Below, in pieces: positions 1 through 12,985 of a stretch of 64,000 nucleotides of DNA. A program made the position numbers and the translations under genes. The DNA lies in NCBI GenBank assembly GCA_030390025.1, contig CM059438.1, forward strand, positions 58,840,001-58,904,000, read 5' to 3'. The DNA comes from Squalus acanthias. Lineage: Eukaryota. The number at the start of each line of letters is the position of its first letter. The first letter of the stretch is position 1. The notes under the pieces were generated by a model, which did not search any database, was not told the origin of the DNA, and saw only the letters and a list, made by a program, of their open reading frames with translations.

Positions 1-1380
1 GTGATGATCAAACTGTCCCGGACCCAGTGATGATCAAACTGTCCCAGGCCGGGCCCCAGTGAGTATCAAACTGTCCCGGGCCCCAGTGATGATCAAACTG
101 TCCACAGCCCCAGTGAGTATCAAACTGTCCCCGGCCCCAGGGAGGATCAAACTGTCCCGGGCCCCAGTGAGTTTCAAACAGTCCCCGGCCCCAGTGAGTA
201 TCAAACTGTCCCGGGCCCCAGTGAGTATCAAACAGTCCCCGGCCCCAGTGAGCATCAAACAGTCCCAGGCCCCAGTGAGGATCAAACTGTCCCTGGCCCC
301 AGTGAGCATCCAGCTGTCCCAGGGCCCAGTGAGTATCAAACTGTCCCAAAGCCCCAGTGAGGATCAAACTGTCCCCGGCCCCAGTGAGTATCCAGCTGTC
401 CCAGGCCCCAGTGAGGATCAAACTGTCCCAGGCCCCAGTGAGGATCAAACTGTCCCCGGCCCCAGTGAGGATCAAACTGTCCCCGGCCCCAGTGAGTATC
501 AAACTGTCCCCGGCCCCAGTGAGTATCAAACTGTCCCCGGCCCCAGTGAGTATCAAACTGTCCCCGGCCCCAGTGAGTATCAAACTGTCCTAGGCCCCAG
601 TGAGTATCAAACTGTCCAAGGCCCCAGTTAGTATCAAACTGTCCCCGGCCCCAGTGAGTATCAAACTGTCCTAGGCCCCATTGAGTATCAAACTGTCCCA
701 GGCCCCAGTGAGTATCAAACTGTCCTAGGCCCCAGTGAGTATCAAACTGTCCCCGGCCCCAGTGAGTATCAAACTGTCCTAGGCCCCAGTGAGTATCAAA
801 CAGTCCTAGGTCCCAGTGAGTATCAAACTGTCCCCGGCCCCAGTGAGTATCAAACTGTCCTAGGCCCCAGTGAGTATCAAACTGTCCCAGGCCCCAGTGA
901 GTATCAAACTGTCCCCGGCCCCAGTGAGTATCAAACTGTCCTAGGCCCCAGTGAGTATCAACCTGTCCCCGGCCCCAGTGAGTATCAAACTGTCCTAGGC
1001 CCCAGTGAGTATCAAACTGTCCCAGGCCCCAGTGAGTATCAAACTGTCCCCGGCCCCAGTGAGTATCCAGCTGTCCCCAGCCCCAGTGAGTATCAAACTG
1101 TCCCAGGCCCCAGTGAGTATCAAACTGTCCCCAGCCCCAGTGAGTATCAAACTGTCCCAAAGCCCCAGTGAGGATCAAACTGTCCCCGGCCCCAGTGAGT
1201 ATCAAACTGTCCCCGGCCCCAGTGAGTATCAAACTGTCCCAGGCCCCAGTGAGTATCAAACTGTCCCAAAGCCCCAGTGAGGATCAAACTGTCCCCGGCC
1301 CCAGTGAGTATCAAACTGTCCCAGGCCCCAGTGAGGATCAAACTGTCCCAGGCCCCAGTGAGTATCCAGCTGTCCCAGGC
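1..1380. repeat. 27-bp minisatellite (GGCCCCAGTGAGTATCAAACTGTCCCC)n, running off the left edge
   Basis: Direct tandem repetition; ORF track shows 9-aa periodicity (ILTGAGDSL, GQFDTHWGR, SIKLSPAPV). Confidence 0.98.
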
Positions 1381-1861
1381 TGGGTCTCAGAGCCTTCAGA
1401 TGAGGTGCCAACGTTTGAAACTTACAGCCTTGGACTCTCTAAGTTGTAACCGTATTTGGGGCAGTAAACAGAGTAAAATGTTTTCTTAAGAGCCATCACC
1501 TCAAATATCTGCACCTGCATTTCATTCCCACAAATACCGTCACTTCCCCTTAAGCCCTGCCAGAAACCTGCTCCATCACCTTTAAATGGAGTCAAGGGGT
1601 CGTGGCTCGCCCCTCCAGCCCATTCTCCTCCTTGGTTCCCAAATAATTATCATCACTGTATTTTCTGTACTTTGAGATTTAGTCTCGACTTTTGCTGCTA
1701 GCTTTATTCAGCTCTGCTCAAAGTCCTGCTTTGCATTGGGGACACGTGTTTACCAATAGGAATCTCTCTATTCTTAAGTTAAGAAGAAGAGGATGGTGAG
1801 GACAGCCTGTATAGATCTTGGATGTCAAGGAAACTCACCAAGTGCTGAGAGGGAAAGAGTA

Positions 1862-2155
1862 TGAAACCGAGGCCCTGTCTGCCCACTGAGGTGAAAGATC
1901 CCTTGGCACTATTCGAAGAAGAGCAGGAGAATTCTCCCCAGTGTCCTGGGCAAATATTTATCCCTCAATCAACCTCACTAAAACAGATTATCTGGTCATG
2001 ATCACTTTGCTGTTTGTGGGATCTTGCTGTGCCCACCTTGCCCACCGCATTTCCTACATTGCAACAGTGACTACGCTTCAAAACCCCTTTATTGGCTGTA
2101 AAGCGCTTTGGGGTGTCCTGAGATGGTGAAAGGCGTTATAGAAACACAAGTCTTC
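1862..2155 (+). mobile_element. DeuSINE/SacSINE1-like SINE, 5'-truncated
   Basis: Matches the recurrent core (aaaccgaggccc...aaagatccc...aatatttatccctcaa...ttggctgtaaagcgctttggg) found about 11 times in the window. Confidence 0.85.
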
Positions 2156-2220
2156 CCACGGAGATGAGTGAAGCTGTACGAGTAGTTGAGGATGTGGATT
2201 GGTAGCAGTGCCTTGACTTA

Positions 2221-2440
2221 CCCTGGCCAGCCCTGTAAGGACATTGAACCTCTTCCTGTACTGCGGCATTTCCTGTGTGATGCAGCTTGCACTGAATGCC
2301 TCTGCCACCTCCCTCCAGACAGCCTGTAACTCTCTCTTGTAGGGCCTCCTGGCCTCAGTGCCTATTTGATGGTCCTTCCTGGCTGTCACCAGCAGCACCA
2401 CAGCAGATCCACTGAAAAATCTGTGGGCCCTCCCAGCTGC
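2221..2440 (-). mobile_element. Degenerate PIF/Harbinger Myb/SANT-like DNA-binding ORF fragment
   Basis: Translation RAHRFFSG...LQAVWREVAEAFSA...QYRKRFNVL resembles the Myb-like second ORF of Harbinger elements; ends at a GTAAGT donor near 2221. Confidence 0.55.
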
Positions 2441-2639
2441 TCGTAACTCCAAGCCTGCTGCTTCGTCTGAAAAGCCATCCTACCCTTTAACTGGCTGCAA
2501 CCTTTAGAGACTGCTCCAGAACTGTATTTCCCTCCCTCCCAGTGTCGGCAAGCCAATGAATAATGGTTTTCAAACCTCCCAGCATGGCTAATGGTGATTC
2601 TGGGAGCAAAATTCAGCTAATTAATGGCAGTTTCACACT

Positions 2640-4895
2640 GGCAGGTACAAGGACCACCCCATCACATACCCACCAATGGGAGAAGAGTTCACTCCACTGC
2701 GTCACTTGTTACAGCAGCTACAAGGCAGACACAACCTTGGGCCAGTTTATTAATATCCCACACAGACCCTGGCCAGTGTATTACTGGTGTAGCACTACCA
2801 CCGTGTTAAATGTGATAGATTCAGAACAGATCTAGCAGCTCAAAACTGGACGTCCATGAGGCGTTGTGGGCCATCAGCAGCAGCAGAATTGTATTCAACC
2901 ACAATCTGTCACCTCATGGTCCGGCATATCCCTCACTCTGCCCTTACCATCAAGCCAAGGGAGCAACCCGGGTTCAATGGGGAATGCAGAAGAGCACCAG
3001 GAATACCTAAAAATGAGGTGCCAACCTGGTGAAGCAGGACTACATGCATGCTAAACAGCAAAAGCAGCATGTTATAGATAGAGCTAAGCGATCCCACAAT
3101 CAACGGATCAAATCAAAGCTCTGCAGTCCTGCCACATCCAGTCGTGAATGGTGGTGGACAATTAAACAACTAACGGGAGGAGGAGGCTCCATGTTTGCAA
3201 CCATCTTCAGCCAGAAGTGCCGAGTGGATGATCCATCTCTGCTTCCTCCTGAGGTCCCCATCATCACAGAAGCCAGTCTTCAGTCAATTCGATTCATTCC
3301 ATGTGATATCAAGAAATGGCTGAGCGCACTGGATACAGCAAAGGCTATGGGCCTCGACAACATCCCGACTATCGTGCTGAAGACTCGTGCTCCAGAACTA
3401 GCCGCGCCTCTAGCCAAGGTGTTCCAGTACAGCTACAACACTGGCATCTATCCGACAATGTGGAAAATTGCCCAGGTATGTCCTGTCCACAAAAAGCAGG
3501 ACAAATCCAATCCAGCCAATTACCACCCCATCAGTCTACTCTCAAACATCAGCAAAGTGATGGAAGGTGTCATCAACAGTACTATTAAGCGGCACTTACT
3601 CACCAATAACCTGTTCATAGATGCTCAGTTTGGGTTCCGCCAGGACCACTCGGTTCCAGACCTCATTTCAGCCTTGGTCCAAACATGGACAAAAGAGCTC
3701 AATTACAGAGGTGAAGAGAGAGTGACTGCCCTTGTCATCAAAGCAGCATTTGACCAAGTGTGGCATCAAGGAGCTCTAGTAAAATTGAAGTCAATGGGAA
3801 TCAGGGGGAAAACTCTCCACTGGCTAGAGTCATACCTCGCACAACGGAAGTTGGTTGTGGTGGGTGGAGGTCAATTATCTCAGCCCCAGGACATCGCTGC
3901 AGGAGTTCCTCAGGGCAGTGTCCTAGGTCCAACCACATTCAGCTGCTTCATCAATGACCCTCCCTCCATCAAAAGGTCAGAAGTGGGGATGTTCCCTGAT
4001 GACTGCACAGTGTTCAGTTCCATTCGCAACTCCTCAGATAATGAAGCAGTCCGTGCCCGCATGGAGCAAGACCTGGACAACATTCAGGTTTGGGCTGATA
4101 AGTGGCAAATAACATTCGCACCACACAACTGCCAGGCAATGACTATCTCCAACAAGAGAGAGTCTAACCACCACCCCTTGACATTCAATGGCATTACCAT
4201 CGTCAAATCCCCCACCATCAACATCCTGGGGGTCACCATTGACCAGAAACTTAACTGAATCAGCCACATAAATACTGTGGCGACAAGAGCAGGTCAGAGG
4301 CTGGGTATCCTGCGGCGAGTATCTCACCTCCTGACTCCCCAAAGCCTTTCCACCATCTACAAGGCACAAGTAAGGAGTGTGATGGAATACTCTCCACTTG
4401 CCTGGATGAGTGCAGCTCCAACAACACTCAAGAAACTCAACACTATCCAAGACAAAGCAGCCCGCTTGATTGGCACCCCATCCACCACCTTAAACATTCA
4501 CTCCCTCCACCACCGGCGTACCGTGGCTGCAGTGTGTACCATCTACAAGATGCACTGCAGCAACTCGCCAAGGCTTCTTCGGCAGCACCTCCCAAACCTG
4601 CGACCTCTTCCACCTAGAAGGACAAGGGCAGCAGGCGCATGGGAAGACCACTACCTCCAAATCACACACCATCCTGACTTGGAAGTATATCGCTGATCCT
4701 TCATCGTCTCTGGGTCAAAATCCTGGAATTCCCTTCCTATAAGCACTATGGGAGTACCTTCACCACACGGACTGCAGCGGTTCAAGGCGGCAGCTCACCA
4801 CCACCTTCTCAAGGGCAATTAGGGATGGCCAATAAATGCTGGCCTTGCCAGCGACGCCTACATTCTGTAAATGAATAAAAAAAATGTAAAAAAAG
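2640..4895 (+). mobile_element. Non-LTR retrotransposon (CR1/L2 group), decayed RT plus 3' UTR and A tail
   Basis: ORF 3029-4258 has NYHPISLLS, QFGFR, KAAFDQVWH, GVPQGSVLGP and FPDD (degenerate YADD). In-frame stop at 4256-4258, continuation in 4277-4696, A-rich tail near 4875-4895. Confidence 0.93.
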
Positions 4896-4982
4896 TGTCC
4901 CCAGACAGAACCCGAGCCCGTTTATTACCTGTCCCAGTGCCAACCTGCTTTGTTGTTACTGGTTTTTCTGAGTTAAATAAGG

Positions 4983-5373
4983 AAAGTACTTGCATGTCTA
5001 TAGCACCTTTCACAACGTCAGCTCATCCCAAAGTGCTTCACACACAATGAAGTCCTTTTGAAGTGTAGGCACTGTTGTAATGTAGTGAAACACAGCAGCC
5101 AATTTGCGCACTACAAGGTCTCATAAACAGCAATATGACGATGACCAGATAATCTGTTCTAGTGATGTTGGTTGAGGGATAAATATTGGACAGGACATCT
5201 TCAGAAAGTGCTGTGAGATCTTTTACATCCACCTGAGGGGGCAGACGGGGCCTCGGTTTAACGTCTCATCCGACAGAAGGCACCTCCGACAGTGCAGCAC
5301 TCCCTCGGCACTGCACTGCAGTATCAGCCTAGATCCTGTGCTCAGGTGCTGGAGTGGGACGAAGCCACAACCT
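4983..5373 (-). mobile_element. DeuSINE/SacSINE1-like SINE
   Basis: Reverse complement of the SINE core, including head and tail. Confidence 0.85.
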
Positions 5374-5532
5374 TCGGCGTTGTTCCTAGTTCATGTTGTT
5401 CTTACTGCCTGAACTTCTCACTATCATCCCTCCCAGTTAGTTTGAATTTAACCCAGTTACTGGGTCTCCTGAGGTTCAATGGGCCCATCGATCTCCTTTT
5501 ATGAAACAGAAAGGCCCGTTTTTCACTGTACA

Positions 5533-7210
5533 GCAACAACTTGCATTTGTATAGTGCCTTTAACACAGTAAAAGGTCCCAAGGTGCTTCACAGGAGTGTA
5601 ATCAGACAAAAATCAAAACTGAGCCAAAGAGGGAGATTTTAGGACAGGTAACCAAAAGCTTGAGAGAAGTGGTGAGGCAGGAAGTTTAGGGAGGTAATTC
5701 CACAGCTTATGGCCGAGACAGCTGAAGGCACGGCCGTCAATGGTGGGGCGAAGGACATACAACAGGCCAGAGTTAGAAACATAACAACAGAATTGGGCAA
5801 TTCAGTCCCTCGAGCCTGTTCCACCATTCAATTGGACCATGGCTGATCTGCATCTTAACTCCATCTATCAGCCTTGGTTCCGTAACTCTTAATACCCTTG
5901 CCTAATAAAAATCTATCAATCTCAGTTTGAAATTTTCAGTTGACCCCCAGCCTCAACAGCTTTTTGGGGAGAGAGTTCCAGATTTCCACTAGCCTTTGTG
6001 CTTCCTGACATCACCCCTGAATGGCCTGGCTCTAGTTCTGGATTCCCCCACCAGAGGAAATAGTTTCTCTCTATCTACCCTATCAACTTCTTTAATCATC
6101 TTAAATACTTCATTTAGATCAGCTCTTAATCTTCTATACTCAAGGGAATACAAGCCCAGTCTATGCAACCTGTCCTCATAATTTAGCCCTTTTAGCCCCG
6201 CTATCATTCTGGTGAATCTGCACTGCACTTCCTCCAAGGTCAATATATCCTTCCTGAGGTGCGGTGCCCAGAACTGAACGCAGTGCCCTAAATGGGGTCT
6301 AAACAGAGCGGTTATATAACTGCAACATAACTTCCATCCCATTGTATTCCAGCCCTCTTGAGCTAAAGGCCAACATTCCATTAATTTTTAATTATTTGAT
6401 ATACCTGTCCACTAGCTTTTTGTGATTTCTGTACTTGGACTCCCAAATCTCCCTGTTGGAGGAGCGCAGAGATCTCGGAGGGTTGTAGGGCTGGAGGGGG
6501 TTACAGAGATAGGGAGAAGCGAGGCCATGGAGGGATTTGAACACGATGAGAATTTTAAAATCGAGGAATTGGTGGACCGGGAGCCAATATAGGTCAGCGA
6601 GCACGGCAGCGATGGATGAACGGGACTTGGTGCGAGTCAGGATACGGGCAGCAGAGTTTTGAATGAACTCAAATTTATGAAGGGTGGCAGATTGGAGGCC
6701 ATCCAAGAAAGCATTGGAATAGTCAAGTTTGGAGGTAACAAATACATAGATGAGGGTTTCAGTAGCAGTTGGGCTGAGGCAGGGGCAGAGATGGGCAATA
6801 TTACAGAGGTGGAAGTAGGTGGCCTTTGTGATGGAGAGGATATAGGGTTCGAAGCTCAGTTCAGGGTCATAAAGTACGCTGAGTTAGCGAACACTCTGGT
6901 TCAGCCTGAGACAGTGTCCAGGGAGGGGGATGGAATCAGTAGCTAGGAATGGAGTCTGTGGTGGGGGCCGAAGACAATGGCTTTGGTTTTCTCAATGTTT
7001 AATTGGAGGAAATGTCGGCCATCCAGGACTGAATATCGGACAAGCATATCTGACAACACAGAGGCAGTGGAGGGGTCAAGAGAGGTGGTGGTGAGGTAGA
7101 GCTGGGTGTCGTTAGCTTACATGTGGAACTTGACATCATGTCATGGGATGATGTGGCCACAGGGCCAAGGATAGATCCTTGGGGGATTCCAGAGGTAATG
7201 GTGCGGACAA
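5533..7210 (-). mobile_element. L2 LINE 3' portion, split by a CR1 insertion
   Basis: ORF 6392-6706 (IQNSAARILTRTK...LYWLPV) and GIPQGSILGP near 7190. The L2 tail at 5533-5774 rejoins at about 6455 (gccagagtt|ggaggagcgcag). Confidence 0.8.
5775..6454 (-). mobile_element. CR1 LINE 3' fragment nested in L2
   Basis: ORF 5989-6381 (RPHLGHCVQFWAPHLRKD...LGLYSLEYRRLR) plus CR1 3' UTR. Confidence 0.88.
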
Positions 7211-7363
7211 TGAAGAAATGCGTAGGGCCCTGGTGAACCCCAGCAGGTTTACTCTCGGGTTGCGCCCGACTAGGTGGGACCATGCATTGGCAGCCAGCAC
7301 CAATAATACGTCTCGGCGCCATATCAGGCAGTTTCCACTAGTCTAGCGTTTTGCTCAATAACA

Positions 7364-7782
7364 TTTTTTTTTTATTCGTTCATGGGATGTGGGCGTCGCT
7401 GGCAAGGCCAGCATTTATTGCCCAACTCTAATTGCCCTTGAGAAGGTGGTGGTGAGCCGCCTTCTTGAACCGCTGCAGTCCGTGTGGTGAAGGTACTCCC
7501 ACAGTGCTGTTAGGGAGGGAGTTCCAGGATTTTGACCCAGCGACGATGAAGGAACGGCGATATACTTCTAAGTCAGGATGGTGTGTGACTTGGAGGTGAA
7601 CTTGGAGGTGGTGGTGTTCCCATGCGCCTGCTGCCCTTGTCCTTCTAGGTGGAAGAGGTCGCAGGTTTGGGAGGTGCTGCCGAAGGAGCCTTGGCGAATT
7701 GCTGCAGTGCATCTTGTAGATGGTACACACTGCAGCCACGGTACGCCAGTGGTGGAGGGAGTAAATGTTTAAGGTGGTGGAT
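7364..7782 (-). mobile_element. 3' fragment of the same LINE family as 2640-4895
   Basis: AAVCTIYKMHCSNSPRLLRQHLP is identical to the 4277-4696 ORF; poly-T at 7364-7373. Confidence 0.9.
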
Positions 7783-8164
7783 TAGTCATTAAAGGGTTAA
7801 ACACCACCTGAGGCTGTAAGGTTTTGAAGGTGCTCGCTGTGGTATAAAGGAGCAGAGTCAGAGCATTTGCTTCCGTGCTTTACTGTAAGTGTTCAGATTG
7901 ATCCGTCAGTACCCAGACAGACCCCTGTAGTTTATTTTGTCAGTGTATAATGTGTAGCTTCAATTGTGCAGTCACTGCCTGACCGCATTGCAATCAGCTG
8001 AAACAATCACCGTAAACCACCCAATTGAAACCGAAGCAAAGGTATCCATTTCAGAGCACTGCCTGTGAAATCGCACACATTCCAGGTCACTGGGTGGGGA
8101 CAGCACAACAATGACCTTCATATGGCAACACAACAAAACATTAAATGTTTAATCAAACGGTGAA

Positions 8165-9885
8165 GGTGTGGAGTACAACAGAGAGTGTTATAGTGAGGGT
8201 GTGAGGTAGATCAGAGAGCGTTAGAGTGAGGGTGTGAGGTATATCAGAGAGTGTTACAGTGAGTGTGTGGGGTATATCAGAGAGTGTTACAGTGAGGGTG
8301 TGAGGTATATCAGAGAGTGTTACAGTGAGGGGTGTGGGGTATATCAGAGAGTGTTACAGTGAGTAGTGTGGGGTATATCAGAGAGTGTTACAGTGAGTGT
8401 GTGGGGTATATCAGAGAGTGTTACAGTGAGGGTGTGAGGTATATCAGAGAGTGTTACAGTGAGGGGTGTGGGGTATATCAGAGAGTGTTACAGTGAGTAG
8501 TGTGGGGTATATCAGAGAGTGTTACAGTGAGGGTGTGGGGTATATCAGAGAGTGTTACAGTGAGGGTGTGGGGTATATCAGAGAGTGTTACAGTGAGGAG
8601 TGTGGAGTATATCAGAGAGTGTTACAGTGAGGGTGTGGGGTATATCAGAGAGTGTTACAGTGAGTGTGTGGGGTATATCAGAGAGTGTTACAGTGAGGGT
8701 GTGGGGTATATCAGAAAGTGTTACAGTGAGGGTGTGGGGTATATCAGAAAGTGTTACAGTGAGTAGTGTGGGGTATATCAGAGAGTGTTACAGTGAGTAG
8801 TGTGGGGTATATCAGAGAGTGTTACAGTGAGGGTGTGGGGTATATCAGAGAGTGTTACAGTGAGGGTGTGGGGTATATCAGAGAGTGTTACAGTGAGTGT
8901 GTGGGGTATATCAGAGAGTGTTACAGTGAGGGTGTGGGGTATATCAGAAAGTGTTACAGTGAGTAGTGTGGGGTATATCAGAGAGTGTTACAGTGAGGAG
9001 TGTGGGGTATATCAGAGAGTGTTACAGTGAGGGTGTGGGGTATATCAGAGAGTGTTACAGTGAGTGTGTGGGGTAAATCAGAGAGTGTTACAGTGAGTAG
9101 TGTGGGGTATATCAGAAAGTGTTACAGTGAGTAGTGTGGGGTATATCAGAGAGTGTTACAGTGAGTAGTGTGGGGTATATCAGAGAGTGTTACAGTGAGG
9201 GTGTGGGGTATATTACAGTGAGGGTGTGGGGTATATTACAGTGAGGGTGTGGGGTATATCAGAAAGTGTTACAGTGAGTAGTGTGGGGTATATCAGAGAG
9301 TGTTACAGTGAGTAGTGTGGGGTATATCAGAGAGTGTTACAGTGAGGGTGTGGGGTATATTACAGTGAGGGTGTGGGGTATATCAGAGAGTGTTACAGTG
9401 AGTGTGTGGGGTATATCAGAGAGTGTTACAGTGAGGGTGTGGGGTATATCAGAAAGTGTTACAGTGAAGGGTGTGGGGTATATCAGAGAGTGTTAGAGTG
9501 AGGGTGTGGGGTATATCAGAAAGTGTTACAGTGAAGGGTGTGAGGTATATCAGAGAGTGTTACAGTGAGCGTGTGGGGTATATCAGAAAGTGTTACAGTG
9601 AAGGGTGTGGGGTATATCAGAGAGTGTTACAGAGAGTGTGTGGGGTATATCAGAGAGTGTTAGAGTGAGGGTGTGGGGTATATCAGAGAGTGTTACAGAG
9701 AGTGTGTGGGGTATATCAGAGAGTGTTACAGCGAGGAGAATGGTGTATATGGGAGAGTGTTACAGTGAGGGTGTGGGATATATCAGAGTGTTACAGGTAG
9801 GAGAATGGTGTATATGGGAGAGTGTTACAGTGAAGGGTGTGGGGTATATCAGAGTGTTACAGTGAGGGTGTGGGATATATCAGAC
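8165..9885. repeat. 32-33-bp G-rich minisatellite (GTGTGGGGTATATCAGAGAGTGTTACAGTGAGG)n
   Basis: Direct tandem repetition with degenerate edges. Confidence 0.97.
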
Positions 9886-10224
9886 AGTACTGGGTAGTAT
9901 AGACCCTTGGGGTTGGGCAGAGCAGGTCCCAATACTAGGTTGAATAGATCCCAATGCAAGCCTCAGTGCTGGACAGAACTGGTGGCCTACAAAGGAGACC
10001 CAGATGAGGTCAGTTGGGCAGGGAGTTTGAAACAATGGGCCTTTGGATGGGCTGTTATTTACTCATACCAACGCAAAGGTCACTGAGCGAGGTGGGACAA
10101 CCTGTCTGTTAGTGGCTCTGGGGGTTAGAATTTCGACAGAAAACGTGGAGGTTACTGGAGGCAGCAATGTGGATTTGCTCCATCAATGCTGGGCTCTAAA
10201 GGCCGAGATGACAGGAGTTAAAGA

Positions 10225-10740
10225 ATGACAAGGAATTTACAGCACAGAAACAGGCCATTCGGCCCAACTGCTCTGTGCCGGTGTTTATGCTCCACACGAG
10301 CCTCCTCCCACCCTACTTCATCTCACCCATCAACATATCCTTCTATGCCCTCCTCCTACTTTCACCCATCTAATTTCCTCCCAAATGCATTTATGCTATT
10401 CATAGAATCATAGAAGTCTGTGCCCGGCTGAAAAAGAGCCATCGTGCCTGATCCCATTTCAGCTTTTGGTCCGCAGCCTTGTAGCCTACGTCACACTTAT
10501 CCAAGTACTTTTTAAATGCGATGAGGGTTTCTGCCTCTACCACCCACCCTTTCAGGTAATGAGTTCCAGACCCCCACCACCCTATGGGTGAAAAAATTGT
10601 TCAACTCCGCTCTAATCACTCTACCAATTACTTTAAATCTATGACCCCTGGTTATTGACCTCAACCACTCCCTGTGGTAGTGAGTTCCATTCTCACCACT
10701 CTCTGGGTAAAGAGGTTGCTCTTGAATTCTCTATTGGAAG
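10225..10740 (-). mobile_element. Nested CR1 3'-end fragments
   Basis: SNREFKSNLFTQRVVRM and CR1-type tails (catagaatcatagaa; caggccattcggccc). Confidence 0.7.
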
Positions 10741-10881
10741 TTTGACAAGAGCATTTCGGGCTGGGCGCGAGCTGGGAGAGATCCCGTCTCACTTCACCAC
10801 AGAAGAAACTCCTGCCCTGCTGATTCAGTGCTGCGGGAGCAAAGGGCAAGAGGCAATGGGCGTGTCTGACTCGGACTCGGG

Positions 10882-10889
10882 TTTATATA
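10882..10889 (+). promoter_or_regulatory. Candidate TATA box upstream of the CYSRT1-like gene
   Basis: TTTATATA about 350 nt upstream of the ATG, at the edge of a GC/CpG-rich unique segment. Motif only. Confidence 0.3.
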
Positions 10890-11230
10890 GCAGTCTGCCA
10901 GCCGAGCCGGGTAATTGTAAGGTGGAGAGAGAGAGCCTCAAGCACCTGGGCTGGGCTGGGCTGGGCTGTTCTCCTATTGGCTGTTCCGCATCCGCTTCAC
11001 TCAAACAAGAAAAACAAATCAGGTGGGCTGGAACACACAGCTGCAGGTGGCTCTGGCTGCGAGGCAATGTGGCCGAGTGCAGTTTCGCTCGCAGTGACTG
11101 CAGAGTGAGTGGCTGGCACTGCTCGATCTGACCGGGGGAGAGCCAGCCTGCTGCTGGAGCTTCACCCCACAACCAAGCCGGGTGTCCGGGATCTGATCAG
11201 AGGCGTGCAGCAGCGAGCCCCGCTGGAGTG

Positions 11231-11572
11231 ATGAGCGTACCAAACCCTTACTCGGATGTGCGCGTCCCTGGCAAATCCTACTTCGCCAACGAGGCGTTTG
11301 AGCACGACCAGAGCTCCCGCTCGACCGCCGACGCGAAGGAGAAGTTTCCCGGACAGTTTCTACAGCCGGGAGCACCGGACTCGGCTCAGCACAACGGGGC
11401 TGCGGCCAGGAGCCCGCCCGCCTCGGTCGCCAACCCTTACGGCTCCATCTACCGCTCGGCCAGCGACTCCAAGCAGGCGGGGGTGGCGGAGGACGAGGGC
11501 CAGCCTTGGCCGTGCTGCCCCAAGTGGTGTCGGTGCTGTCGCTGCTGCTGCAGGGGCTGTGTGGTCTCCTGA
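11231..11572 (+). CDS. CYSRT1: Cysteine-rich tail protein 1 homologue, 113 aa, single coding exon
   Basis: MSVPNPYSDVRVP...ANPYGS...WPCCPKWCRCCRCCCRGCVVS*. Two NPY motifs, a Cys-rich tail and a CaaX end match recalled human CYSRT1 (VKNPYAHISIP...GNPYSS...CCCCVIS). CpG-rich unique sequence; lies upstream of RNF224 on the same strand as in mammals. Confidence 0.85.
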   Translation: MSVPNPYSDVRVPGKSYFANEAFEHDQSSRSTADAKEKFPGQFLQPGAPDSAQHNGAAARSPPASVANPYGSIYRSASDSKQAGVAEDEGQPWPCCPKWCRCCRCCCRGCVVS

Positions 11573-12244
11573 GTGAGTGGGCGGCGCTGGATAGCCGCTC
11601 ACCTGCCCCTCCCTCTCTCTCTCTCTGGGAATCACCGCAAGGTGCCCCTGCTGCCCTCGCCGCCTCGCAACTTATAGGGCAAGACATTGAAGGGCGCAGG
11701 AAGAAGTCTGACCCCCCTCCCACAAATTGCATGTGGTAGAAATCAGAGCTGCACAGCGAGGAGATGTCCCAAAGCACCATGTGTAAATCCAACCCGGAGA
11801 CCGCTTTAAATCCGTAAGGAGATGCCAACAAAAGGGAAGGAGAGGAATTTCCCACTGCCAAGTGTCGGATGATGGTCGAATTTCTCCGGCTGGACCAAGT
11901 GGCGAGCCTGAGCGCCTCGGGAGAGGGCTGCTTCACATCACCCCATCCCACCGCTGGAGCAGTGGGGAGACAGGGCAGCTGCCTGACTGGCCAAGTTATC
12001 CAGGGCTCCTGTAAAACACCAGGGGGAGGGGGTGAGGCAGCTCATTCCCCACCCGGACTGTGATGGGCATTAAAACTTTGCGAGGTGGTTTGGTGTCCTG
12101 GGACTGGCTGAGGTGGCCAGACCTGAATGAGCGACATTGTCTCGCCATTGACTGTGCTGTGGATTCTCTGTCAATTTCTGATTGTCGATGTTATAAGTTT
12201 GACCTCACAGAACCAAGGTTATTTGTTGTGTATATAATGCTTTG

Positions 12245-12250
12245 AATAAA
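12245..12250 (+). terminator. Candidate polyadenylation signal of CYSRT1
   Basis: AATAAA about 670 nt after the stop codon, followed by a T/G-rich stretch (tagtttgattttgctgt). Confidence 0.5.
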
Positions 12251-12469
12251 CTGCGACGCTCCCATTGGCCCTTAGTTTGATTTTGCTGTCCAGTTGGAGT
12301 GTAGGGCAGGGCTAGGAGTGCAGGGCAATGCTGAGCCCAGTCTGCACAGCTTCACCTGCTGTATTGGCCCATGGTTCTCATTTCACACTGACTCGCCAGC
12401 TCGGCCGAGATACTGCCCCCCGCCCTTTCACAATTTTGGAACTGCTCATATCAGAGGCCAGTTCCAAGA

Positions 12470-12932
12470 GCTGGGGCTCACTGCTCTCACTCTCGCCTCT
12501 GAATCAGAAGGTTGTGGGTTCAAGTCCCACTCCAGGGACTTGAGCAAAAAATCCAGGCTGACACTCCAGTGTGGGACTGAAGGAGTGCTGCACTGTCAGA
12601 AACGTCATCTTTCGGATGAGATGTTAAACCGAGGGCCCGTCTGCCCTCTCGGGAGGACATACAAAATCCCATGGAACTATTTCTAGGAAGGGTGGGGTTG
12701 TTTTCCCCAGTGCCCTGGCCAATATTTATCCCTCAGTCGACAGCACTAAAAACAGATTATCTGGCCATTTATCACATTGCAGTTTGTGGGAGCTTGCTGT
12801 GTGCAAATTGGCTACCAAATTTCCTACATTACAACAGTGACTCCACTTAAAGTACTTAATTGGCTACAAATCGCACTAGGACGTCTGGTGCTGGTGAACG
12901 GCGCTCTAGAAAAGCAAGTTCGTTCTTTCTTT
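12470..12932 (+). mobile_element. DeuSINE/SacSINE1-like SINE, near full length
   Basis: tRNA-like head (ggttcaagtccc B box), conserved core, (ttct)n tail. Confidence 0.88.
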
Positions 12933-12985
12933 CTTGCCTGACCGACCCTGTCTCTGCATCCAGACGTTCCCAGTCCATCTCCACA

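Noticed and set aside
8..1489. Repetitive ORFs on both strands (GQFDTHWG, ILTGAGDSL)
   Set aside because: Translations of the 27-bp array; open in several frames and on both strands.
11019..11951. 310-aa minus-strand ORF
   Set aside because: Antisense shadow of the GC-rich CYSRT1 region with no recognisable domain.
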